Positions 35,719 through 46,835 of a DNA stretch of 64,000 nucleotides are shown one piece after another (within the stretch, counting starts at the first letter, position 1; every line of letters begins with the position of its first letter). Source of the DNA: Podarcis gaigeae (taxonomy: Eukaryota); assembly GCA_964106915.2 (NCBI GenBank), contig OZ066924.1; one strand, written 5' to 3'. The translations under genes were made by a program, and so were the position numbers. The notes beneath the pieces are model-generated. The model was not told the origin of the DNA, did not search any database, and was given only the letters and a program-made list of their open reading frames with translations.

Positions 35719-36594
35719 TATTAACAAGAGAAATAGCATATCTAGGATAAAGGACAACATAGAAATTGGAAAATGAGGTGAAAATAGAGGAAAGCAAATA
35801 GAGGACAAAGAGTGGGTTATGAAGAGGAAGTAAGATAATTGAGAATAGGTTTTGAAGGGGAGATGTTATCATCTATTTGATTACATCACTCCAATAACTT
35901 ATTCAAAGGACTAATCATTCAAATAACCTATTTTCTTGTTTAGACTTGCAATCGCTTCCAAATCTATCGCTTCTAAGAGATGTTTTCAGGGTGCATGGCA
36001 AGTTGGTTAACCCACACTTTCTAACCTAGTTATCCTGCCAATTTTTGAATGACAAAACTTCCAATATGCAAAGTGATGGGAAATAGCACTGGAAACAACC
36101 AAATACTGGCAAAGTCAAACAACATCCACACTAGCAGATCAGGATGAAAGCTCAGTAAACAGGTGACATTGTAGAACAACTGTACAAGTTTTATGCAAAT
36201 GTTTCAGCATTAATGTTCATTAAGCAGTTGGTCTGGAAGCTCCCTAACAGGTTTATTACTTACTAGCTTCATTCATCATCTGCCAGCTTCACCAAATGAC
36301 TTTTCAATCTTCCAGGCCATTTTCAGAAGCAGCACTTCATTCTCTTCCTGCACCTGTAATTCAAATGCAAAATGCACATTAGCTAGAGAGTGTATATGAT
36401 GTAAAACTGACACCTCTCTGTTTGCTATCTTGCATGAACAACATTCATGAGTGACACATCCCAGTCTAATGGATTTTCCTAGGGCTGTTGGTGTAAGCTA
36501 CTAAAATCAGTCATTTGGGCACTAGAAATTAAGCCATTTCACAATGGGCAGCTAAAAATATGCACCTAAATCCACTACCTGCTTTCCCCTTTGT

Positions 36595-36930
36595 AGACTC
36601 ATTAGATCACTAAGATCATCAAGGGAGACTTTATTCATGACACTGAAACCCACTGATTGCCACCTGACAGAAACACAGAAGCAGACATTTTCTGCCATTG
36701 TGCCTGTACTTTGGAAAAACTCCCTCCCCCCCCATCTTATAGATAACACTATGTATTATGTGTTTCAGACATCTTTTGAAGACATACTTTTCCCCTCAGG
36801 ATTACAAATGCACTGTGTGTACATGCACACATGTATTTCCAGGTGCTGCTTTATTGTTATACAGTTTATATTGATGATTTTATTGTATCTTTTATGTGTT
36901 TGCTGTGCACTGCTCTGAGATTATTTTAAT
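36595..36930 (+). mobile_element. Old L2 3' fragment
   Basis: Degenerate RSLRSS...TFSAIVPVLWKNSLP resembles L2 C-terminal RAFSVAAPXLWNSLP. Confidence 0.55.
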
Positions 36931-37082
36931 AATAAGCTTGGAGATGTTCCCAGATAGATAAATAATTGTCCCTTCTTTAGTCATATCCCAGCACTGACAA
37001 TTATATTTCAGAACCCCATAAGGCTCGTTTCTCAGGGTTATCCGTGACTGACATTTGGAAACAAACCGCCACCGTTCTTATA

Positions 37083-37528
37083 CAGTGGTACCTTGGTTTA
37101 AGAACAGCCCTGTTTAAGAACTACAGTGGATGCTCGGGTTGCGAACGTGATCTGTGCGGGAAGCACATTCACAACGTGCCGTGTCTGTGCACGCGTGGGT
37201 CACAATTTGGTGCTTCTGCGCATGCACAAGCGCCAAAACCTGGAAGTAACCCGTTCCGGTACTTCAGGGTTTGGCGCAGTGTGAAACCCAAAATCACACA
37301 AGTCTCTAACCCAAGGTATGACTGTTTATTCAGTTTACAAACTCCACAAAACCAGAAGTGGTGTCCTGGTTTGCGAACTTTACCTCGGTCTAAGAACAGA
37401 ATCTGAATGGTGGGAAGGCACTGGCTGTGGGAGGCCTCATTAGGGAAAGTGCGCCTCTGTTTAAGAATGGTTTTGGTTTAAGAACAGACTTCCAGAACGG
37501 ATTAAGTTCGTAAACCAAGGTAGCATTG
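37083..37528. mobile_element. Tigger-like MITE containing a nested Tigger-like MITE (37124-37324)
   Basis: Outer TIRs CAGTGGTACCTTGGTTTA / TAAACCAAGGTAGCATTG with TA; inner element starts TA|CAGTGGATGCTCGGGTT and resembles the 30412 copy. Confidence 0.82.
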
Positions 37529-38870
37529 TAGTGGAAAGGTATGTGCATGTTAGTGCATCCTAATATGTAATGCAAAACATCTTTACTTCAGTATATGAAT
37601 ATTGCTGACATCGTTTCCAAAATTGTATTTAAGGTTTCATTTTGTTTTTTAAAAGAACCTGTGATATAGTTTCCTGAAAGGAACTCAGTCAAAATTGCAT
37701 GTTGCATGAAGAAGTAATAACTGAGATATCTCTTCATTGTACAGGATGGTTTCCATCATGATTCTCAAATTACATTCTGCTTTCATATCCAATACCATCT
37801 CAAAGGGAACTTGGGTTTTTTTTTAATTGGGAAAAAGTACAATATTTCTGGAGATAAAAGCAAACAGCTGAAAACCATTCTCTCCTTATGGTCTTGGCCT
37901 GTATTATAATCGTTTCCCTTCAAAGTAAGGGTGATCTGAGTAATACCAGGTGTACACAGTATGTGTGCTTTATTTTATATCGGTCTGTTTTGCCCTCATT
38001 TTTTAATAATTTGTACCTTCTCCAGCTATTATGTATAATCCCCAGCAGGACTTCAGAAAAAGAGTTAATTGTTGTGGACCATGTAAGATTGGGCAATTGG
38101 CCAAAGGCAACTCGGGATGCCCAGATTGCACACTTCTGAACTAGAGAAAGAAAACAACGGCATGTTTTTGGACACTATACACACCTCCTGGAGGATGTAC
38201 ATATTGCCTGGAAAGTGAACAAACTGAAGTCAAGATATGCACATTCCCCAAGGCCTGCTGAAGACTGTATAATGGCTAGATGGTATACAAAATTCAGTAC
38301 TGCAATGAAAATTCCCCAAAGCTAATTGGAGAGTTCTGCATATTGGCCAGAGAATGTACAAAATACAGTTAAGATATGCACATCCCCCCATGTTGAAGCT
38401 ATGCATAATGACCAAAGAACATGCAATGTTGATAAATGCAAATTCCCCAAAGCTTCTTGAAGATTGTGTATATTGACTAGGAAATATGTACAATTTCCTC
38501 TCCGTGGACAGATTATGTGCACATTCTCCATAAAGCCTGGTGAATCTGCATAATGGCCAGTTGTTTTGCACTTTAATTATTCAACTTACATTAAACCTGA
38601 CAACTACACTGTGCTTTATTTCTGCATTGGACTTTATTTTCCCTCCTGACTGGTTTTAAACTGCTAAAAGCCAGTGTCTTCTTGTCCTGGGATTTAAATA
38701 AGTCTTTCCCTTGCTTCCCTTGTCTTGCAAACTCCTCTAAGGGGCTAACTAAATATGCTCATAAATATGCAACAGGTCGGGGAGATTGCATGCAAACATG
38801 CCAATGAGGCTAGGAGTCTCAGAAAAACAAAAACTTCCATTGGTGCCATTAGACACTTTTTATCCTAAGC

Positions 38871-39123
38871 CATGGGTAGGCAAACTAAGACCCGGGGGCC
38901 GGATCTGGCCCAATCTCCTTCTCAATCCAGCCCGCGGATGGTCCGGGAATCAGTGTATTTTTACATGAGTAGAATATGTGTCCTTTTATTTAAAATGCGT
39001 CTCTGGGTTATTTGTGGGGCAGAGGAATTCATTCATTTTTTTCCTTCAAAATGTAGTCCGGCTCCCCACAAGGTCTGAGGGACAGTGGACCGGCCCCCTC
39101 CTGAGTAAGTTTGCTGACCTTTG
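38871..39123. mobile_element. hAT (Charlie-like) MITE, same family as 25663
   Basis: CATGGGTAGGCAAACT ... AGTTTGCTGACCTTTG; TSD TCCTAAGC/GCCTAAGG. Confidence 0.88.
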
Positions 39124-39203
39124 GCCTAAGGCTCATCTTTGTCTAGGTTGGAGGCAATTGGTGACTTAAGAGTCTCTCTCTCTCTCTTTTAGCTTTATTA
39201 GTA

Positions 39204-39426
39204 CAGTGGTACCTCGGGTTAAGTACTTAATTCGTTCCAGAAATTCGTTAACATGAAACTGTTCTTAACCTGAAGCACCACTTTAGCTAATGGGGCCTCC
39301 TGCTGCTGCCGCGCTGCTGGAGCACAATTTCTGTTCTCATCCTAAAGCAAAGTTCGTAATTTGAGGTACTGTTTCTGGGTTAGCGGAGTCTGTAACCTGA
39401 AGTGTATGTAACCCAAGGTACCACTG
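39204..39426. mobile_element. Tigger/pogo-like MITE
   Basis: TA|CAGTGGTACCTCGGGTTA ... TAACCCAAGGTACCACTG. Confidence 0.9.
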
Positions 39427-39738
39427 TGAATTTATTTAAGATTCAACAATAACAATAATTCAACAATAATTGATACATCAGCTCACTATTTGCTACAGTT
39501 GACCATCTTTAAAAAACTACAAAACATTGCTTAACAGTCTCAGTTGGGGACTTAACAGATAAGCTTCCCTATGTGCTGCCTTCGCAGGGATAAATGGGCT
39601 TCTCCAACTCTGTAGCTAGTTCAAGAAAACAAGATGCATAGCTGCCTGCTATGTATTTAACTGAATGCCTAGTGTGGCCCTGATCCATGCAGCTCAGGGC
39701 GAAAATGAAGCAAAGGTAAAAACAGTGGTGGGTAGGAG

Positions 39739-39884
39739 CAGTGGCGTAGCGTGGGTTGTCAGCACCCGGGGCAAGGCAAGTAATTTGTGCCCCCTAACCG
39801 TGGATTTGCGCCCCCTAACCCTAACCCCCAGATGTTGCGCCCGGTGCGGCCGGCCCCCCCTGCACCCCCCACGCTACGCCACTG
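39739..39884. mobile_element. Young 146-bp hAT MITE
   Basis: Perfect TIR CAGTGGCGTAGCGTGGG / CCCACGCTACGCCACTG; perfect 8-bp TSD GGTAGGAG; CpGs retained. Confidence 0.92.
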
Positions 39885-40985
39885 GGTAGGAGTCCCTACG
39901 CTTGGAGTCTACTCTGCTCACAGCCTCAATTACGTGTAGTATGGAATCCTACAACCATCCACTACAAGCATCCAGAGCCCCCAGCTAACCCAAGTTGATG
40001 ATCGGGCACATAGAAGAACAGCTAATGCAGGAGGAATCTACAAATACAATCCTGGTAAATTTGAACTGAGAAACTGTGTAATCAAAACAGGGATCTTTCT
40101 TTGATGTAATGACTGTGCCCACGCACAAAAGAAACTAAATAAGAAATAAGAGGGGGGAAGAGATTGGGATAAGGGGGGCAATGATTTACCAAAATGAGGG
40201 AATCTGGACTATTTGGGGCACATCAGGCAGCTTTTAAGGTACGGAGCTTAATTTTTTTCTAATGTGATCCTGTAGATAATAAACTTTTTTTAAAAAAAAT
40301 ATTGGGCAGTATCTCATAAGTTATTTATTGGGGATCATTTTAATATAAGTCCAGGCTGGGTGCCAGTTTATGGAGCTTTTAATGGTCTTTTTGCTTTTAT
40401 TTTAAGTTCGATTTCCTACTCATGCAGAATGTCCTTTTATTTACCCACCAAATGGAACACAGTGAATGTTGAGCCAGAGTTAAACTCAGCAAACCCTGAC
40501 GTTCTCCCATCACACATTTGTCAGCTCCGTCTAGAAAAAGAGGCGCTATGAAGACAGTTTTGCATTTCTACAAGTTTGCCATGTATGCAAGTAGATACTT
40601 GAGTGCAGAATCCATCCATTACACCTTCTATAAAAGCAACAACACTGGTCTCTTATCCTTTTTGGCAGCAAAGAATAGAAATTAATCAACCTGTCAATTT
40701 CAGGATCTATCAATATTTTCAGTCTTGTTTTCAGTTAGTTCCATTTGTGCATCAGTCTGTATTTTTTTAAACTCCATGTGAAAATTTATCCTAATAAGCA
40801 TATTTTTAAAATCAATATTTTGTACATTCTTTTCACTGACGTAGGCGTCCTGGTATGCACTTTCCTCTAATTTACTTATTTTTAAAAATACAGATTACAA
40901 AATTTGGAGAAATGTAAATTTCTAATGTTTTGGTTCACATATTGGTTCAGGAAGTTAGAATTAGGCAAGTTCAAATTAAAACTAC

Positions 40986-41221
40986 AGAGGTGAGGTTACA
41001 GGGAATCAGGCAGCGGGCCTTCTCAGTAATGGCGTCTACCCTGTGGAACACCCTCCCATCAGATGTCAAAGCAATAAGCAATTATCTTACTTTTAAAAGA
41101 CCAGAGGCAGTCCTGTTTAGGGAAGTTTTTAATGTTTAATGCTGTATTGTGTTTTTAATATTTGGTTGGGAGCCACCCAGAGTGGCTGGGGAAACCCAGC
41201 CACATGGGCGAGGTATAAATA

Positions 41222-41272
<51 letters not shown>
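40986..41272 (+). mobile_element. L2 LINE 3' end with (ATT)n tail
   Basis: RLQGIRQRAFSVMASTLWNTLPSDVK...LFREVF plus 3' UTR shared with the 61148 copy. Confidence 0.88.
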
Positions 41273-41273
<1 letters not shown>

Positions 41274-41330
41274 TGAGATTCCGGTATTGCAAGGGGTTAG
41301 ACTAGGGTCCCTTCCCACTCTATGATTCAA
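41274..41330 (+). mobile_element. CR1 3'-terminal fragment
   Basis: GGGGTTAGACTAG-GGTCCCTTCCCACTCTATGATTC resembles the CR1 3' end. Confidence 0.6.
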
Positions 41331-41639
41331 CTAAATCATTTTACACATAGAACAACTTTTGTAATTACAAAATAACTCCACCGCCATCTCCTTCCCTCAT
41401 ATGCTCCCTGTACCACACCTAAATTTGCTGCAGAGGGCCTCCAGAACAGATTTGGGAGGTGTGGGCGGAGGAGATGAAGGGGAAGTTCCATTGTGCTCTT
41501 GAAATTATTTCCATGTGCACACAACCCACAGAGTTGGTATATAAATAGCTATTTTCTACAAGGGAATGGGTGCAGAACCTCCAGCTCACATGCCTCATTG
41601 GATCTGCCAGGCCTCCCCATTTGGTCCACCAGGCCATGT

Positions 41640-41990
41640 TGGTCAAGTTACGTCAGTTCTGGGGCAAGTAAAGTCATGGCACCATACTCAGTCCTCCATT
41701 TTGATGCCGAGCCATTCATGTATGGTTGTGTGTGGATACTCAGTCATTGGTGAATATACCTAACAGAAGTATAGATCAAGTCCCATTCTGCAATCTTGTC
41801 AACAAAGATATCATGGCAGACCTGATCAAACACTTTTCTGAAATAAAGATACACTATGCTCACAGCATTCCCATGATCTACCAGACAATTCTATAACAAA
41901 AGCAGAATAGGTTGGTTTGGCATGGGTTGTTGTTTTTTCTTGATTAAGTCATACTGGCTCCTGGTGATCAATGCATTGTTTTTCTGCATT
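41640..41990 (-). mobile_element. Old CR1 reverse-transcriptase fragment
   Basis: Minus strand NALITRSQY...LVDHGNAVSIVYLYFRKVFDQVCHDIFVDK resembles CR1 GNAVDxVYLDFSKAFDKVPHDIL. Confidence 0.75.
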
Positions 41991-42539
41991 GACTGCTATT
42001 GTAGAATTTTTCCCAGGATCACCTGAGGATGAGATATTTCATATCATCTGCTAAATTATGCAACATAAGCAACTATCAAAAAATAAATCAACTTGTCTAA
42101 TTCGGTAGGATAATTAATTTGTCTTTTTCTTGGCACAGAATTTTGGCTATCTATGTGTGTTTCTTGTTTTTTATCTTTTTATCACAGAATAAACAGCTCT
42201 GGCATTACATCTGCCTTTTTAAAAAAGGTTTTCAAAATCAGTTATCTACCAATTACAGTCAGAGCATTTCCTGGGCAACAGTGAACTTATTTCATTTGTG
42301 GAGTCAGCCTGCAACAAGATAAGAATGCTCTATGCTTTCTGCATTCTAGTAAATCCCTGGGCAAATGGACATCATCACCTTGTGTGTCAAGTATAGAGAA
42401 AAGAGATTGTAACTGAATTCCTTCTATAGTAGATGAGGTGAGAACTCCTCTGGAATTCAGTTGCAAATTGTAAAACCACTGCTTGTGAGTATATATCCTA
42501 AGAGAGATTTTATCATAGATTATTGTACTGTGGCCTAGT

Positions 42540-42863
42540 AAAGGTAAAGGACCTCTGGACAGGTAAGTCCAGTCAAAGGCGACTATGGGGTTGCAGCACT
42601 CATCTCACTTTCACGCCAAGGGAGCCAGCGTTTGTCCATAGACAGCTTTTTGGGTCATGTGGCCAGTGTGACTAAATAGAGGACCATGACGAGTGCCAGA
42701 GTGCACGGAAACACCGTTTACCTTCTCACCACCTATTTATCTACTTGCACTGTGTGCTTCAAACTGCTAGGTTGGCAGGAGCTGGGACAGAGGAACAGGA
42801 GCTCATCCCGTTGCGAGCAAGCCCAAGAGGCTCAGTGGTTTAGGCCACAGCGCCACCCGCGTC
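42540..42863 (-). mobile_element. Sauria SINE with internal deletions
   Basis: Reverse-complement Sauria core; flanked by CTAGTA; followed by a CTAGTATATGGTAATAC tandem duplication. Confidence 0.92.
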
Positions 42864-44283
42864 TAGTATATGGTAATACCTAGTATATGGTAATACACTG
42901 GCAGCCATGTCAGGCAAATTGTAATAGAAACATATATAAGAGAGCAATCCAGAGGGGTATTGGAGGATGAAAGGCAGAGGAACTGCCAGATCCACAACCC
43001 TGCGGTGCTTGAATTTGTAGAGTAGAACGGCAGTGAGGGCAGCCTTTCCTTTTGTGTGTGTGTGTTTCTTCAGCTTGGTCCCAACAGGAAGGAAAATCCA
43101 TCTGTTTTGGTGTCAGGGAAATGGTTCAACACCTCAATGACCACCTCTTTCCATATGAACCAACCCAGACACTGATCATAATCTGAGGGCCTTCTTTTAG
43201 GGTTGCCATATTTCAAACAGTGAAACTCCAGACAGCTTTTTTTGGCAGAGTTGCTGTGCCTCCGGACAAGCAGCTTTGATAACTGGACTAGGGTTTGTGT
43301 GTGACAATTTCAGGTTTATGTTCTGCTGAACTGGCACCAAAAGTCACAGAAACTAAGTGTAAACTGATTTGACAGAAGTAGTTGTGTGTGATCCAGAGGC
43401 AGAAGGACTCGAGTGTCCAGCGTTTTCCAAACAAGCACAACTAACAAAACAAGTAAAGAACACAGAAAAGACAAAGTGATCTATTACTTCCCCAAATCAC
43501 TGTGGCTGGAGAGCCCAAGTAAAATCATTTCCTCTTATTAGATGCTATGGATGTCAGTCACAAAAGAGCCTTTACCCTCTACCCATCTGCCATTTTCCAT
43601 ACATGGCGAGCTTAGAAATAAATGTTTACTTTTTGCTGAAATACTGTATGAATATTTTTTTTTGTTAATGTTCAAATCTCATAATCACCTGAAATTACTT
43701 CAGAACCCCAAGCTCAATTCAGTGAGCTTCAGAAATAATCTGCTTCAGTTTGGACAAGTCCAAAATGTCTCTGAAGGGTTCCATTTGAGTTTTTGATTTG
43801 GAATTCTTCTAAATTTGATGCTCAAAATCTTAGTACATACATCAACACAAATATACATTGGTTCCTCTACACACAACCTGAAGTCCTTTTGCAGGGTATA
43901 GGATCATCCATACTGGAGCTTGTGCATGTTTAGGTGTATACATGTAGACTTCATCCTTGAATGCAGAATGGATGGAGGCAGTATTAGCAGACACAACCCT
44001 AAACAGCCAACCAGAACAAAACAATAATCTTCATCTGATAAGGAAGGCGAGCAAGACAGACCTGCTGAGGCAGGAAGATCACTGGGCCATTTGTGCATGT
44101 ATTAATACCTGAATGGAGCTCTCTCTCTCTTTCCATATATAAACACAAGCCAAGCACAGGCAAGATAATTGGTATAGATCTTTCATTCACATCACTCTGC
44201 TGATAATAATGGGGAAATGTGCATTGACAGAATGCATTGAGCAAGTTGGGGAAGTTAACAGAGATGTCCTTTATGAATAATCT

Positions 44284-44287
<4 letters not shown>

Positions 44288-44327
<40 letters not shown>

Positions 44328-44344
44328 GTGCACATGCGCGCGCA
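44288..44344. repeat. (GT)n microsatellite grading into GC/CA alternation
   Basis: Direct reading. Confidence 0.95.
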
Positions 44345-44836
44345 CCCAAACATTCTCTACCTCCTTTAGCACATTTTTGCCTGACTGAGCTGTAAGTGTA
44401 CATCAGGCAACTAGGGAGTATTATCTTCTACAGAGTTCAGTGCAAAAAGCCCTGATAAATAGCAACAATAAAGCTTTCAAGCATTACAATCAATACTTAA
44501 TGGAATAATGTAAATCCAGCCCATGGGTGACTGGGGGATTCTGCTATCTAGCAAAAAGCAAGAGATTGATGCACAACTGCAAAGGTGCTTCCTTTTTTTC
44601 TGATGTAAACTGAGAGGAGGATACAATAATGCACTAAAGTTGCTTTGCTTGTATTGTGCAGATATTGCTCTTTTCATCTTCATTTTTAATGGGAGGGGGG
44701 AGCCCCAGAGACTCAGTCTCTCCCAAAGCTCTGCTTTAAAAAAGTTATGCTGTTCTCCTCTTTAGACACATTTACACATCTTCCATCAGCTTGGGGTGGG
44801 GGGTGAGGGGAGAGATTTCAGTAACAACCCCCCCAC

Positions 44837-44864
44837 CACACACACACACACACACACACACACA
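44837..44864. repeat. (CA)n microsatellite
   Basis: Direct reading. Confidence 0.95.
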
Positions 44865-45977
44865 ACCACCACCAAAGAAACAGATCTGCCTTGAGGCAGC
44901 AGAAAATGCATGCAATAAGGTGGTGAACCATTCTTGAAAATGCAATAAGCTTGTTGTTGTGGGAAAATTGCCTGTTCAGAGTTGACCCAAGCCCACTTTG
45001 CTTGTTTCTCTCTAGAGGGAGAGCAGGGTCACACCTTGTAGCCCTGACCCTGCCATGATATGTCTAGCTGCCATGGTGGTCCATGCATTGGACGGGGCGG
45101 ACTTTGGTAATCTTTATGCGCAATGAGCAGGATTGTAATTGTGAGAGGAGAATGACTGGAGAGGGCTACTGTCAAAAGCAGGGTTTAAATCACTGCCTAT
45201 CCTGCTACTGGGAACATATTTGCTGGGGTTACATTTATGAGGAGAATCTCTTGTTAACCTGTCAACAGCACAGTGCAAGCCATCAGACTTTGCTGCCACC
45301 ATGTAAAATGAGCTGAAAGAACTGGGTATACCCTGCCAAAAAAAAAAAGGCAAAACATTCACAAGGAAATAGTCTGCAGCCCCAACTGTGGCACTCCATT
45401 TCAGCCAGACCCCTTTCCAGACCTGAGAATTCAGACTCTCAGCCTGATGTTGGCACCAATTCACCATTATGTCAAGTTAGATGAAGTTCCACATGGAGTA
45501 TATCATTATTTTTGCTCCTCTTCTGACTTTAGAATATGCCTTCATTTTTAGTTACCGCATTGGGATAAATATCTACATGGGTAGCTGATTTTATATTATT
45601 ATTATATAACTAAAGCCATTTTAAAGAGGATGACATTCAGTGTGACATTCGGGGTGACAGGATTCTCGGTTAGAGTTGGCCTTGAACATGCAAGGGAATT
45701 TTGGGAAGTCAGCTATGAATTTCATTTGCAGGACCAGCTTTCAGCTCTTTCTTTCTGCCATGTTCCACAAACAGTTCAAATGCATATCTTAGTTCAAATG
45801 GGTACACTCTGCATTGTCTCCAACTATCCCAACCTACCAGAGATAACTTTAAGTTATTATGCTGGGAAGCCTTTTCAAAGTTTCATGCATACAATTGTGG
45901 CCATTGGTCCTACTTTACAGAGGGCAGTCCTCTCTTTGAAGCACTATCTAGTTCAAATCAGGGCAGTTTAATCTGGC

Positions 45978-46835
45978 TTGCTTATTTAACGTATATGCAG
46001 AATTCATCATGCGAAAGGCTGGACTGGATGAATCCCAAGCCAGAATTGAAATTGCCGGAAGAAATATCAACAACCTCAGATATGCAGAGGACACAACTTT
46101 GATGGCAGAAAGTGAGGAGGAATTAAAGAACCTCTTAACAAGGGTGAAAGAGGAGAGTGTAAAATGTGATCTGAAGCTCAACATCAAAAAAACTAAGATC
46201 ATGGCCACTGGTCCCATCACCTCCTGGCAAACAGAAGGGGAAGAAATGGAGGCAGTAAGAGATTTTACTTTCTTGGGTGACAGCAGCCACGAAATTAAAA
46301 GACGCCTGCTTCTTGGGAGAAAAGCAATGACAAACCTAGACAGCATCCTAAAAAGTAGAGACATCACCTTGCCAACAAAGGTCCGTATAGTTAAAGCTAT
46401 GGTTTTCCCAGTAGTGATGTATGGAAGTGAGAGCTGGACCATAAAGAAGGCTGATCACTGAAGAATTGATGCTTTTGAATTATGGTGCTGGAGGAGACTC
46501 TTGAGAGTCCCATGGACTGCAAGAAGATCAAACCTCTCCATTCTGAAGGAAATCAGCCCTGAGTGCTCACTGGAAGAACAGATCCTGAAGCTGAGGCTCC
46601 AATACGTTGGCCAACTCATGAGAAGAGAAGACTCCCTGGAAAAGACCCTGATGTTGGGAAAGATGGAGGGCACAAGGAGAAGGGGACAACAGAGTACAAG
46701 ATGGTTGGACAGTGTTCTTGACGCTACAAACATGAGTTTGACCAAACTGTGGGAGGCAGTGGAAGACAGGAGTGCCTGGCATGCTCTGGTCCTTGGGGTC
46801 ATGAGGAGTCGGACACAACTAAACAACAACAACAA
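45978..46835 (+). mobile_element. Bov-B (RTE clade) LINE, 5'-truncated and inactive
   Basis: IAGRNINNLRYAEDTTLMAESEEELK...VKAMVFPVVMYGSESWTIKKA...RVPWTARRSNLSILKEISP...EKTLMLGK is the classic Bov-B RT C-terminus; premature TGA at 46459; (CAA)n tail. Confidence 0.97.

Noticed and set aside
45023-45053. GCAGGGTCA...TGACCCTGC inverted nuclear-receptor half sites
   Set aside because: 13-nt spacer is not a canonical ERE and a 9-bp inverted repeat can arise by chance
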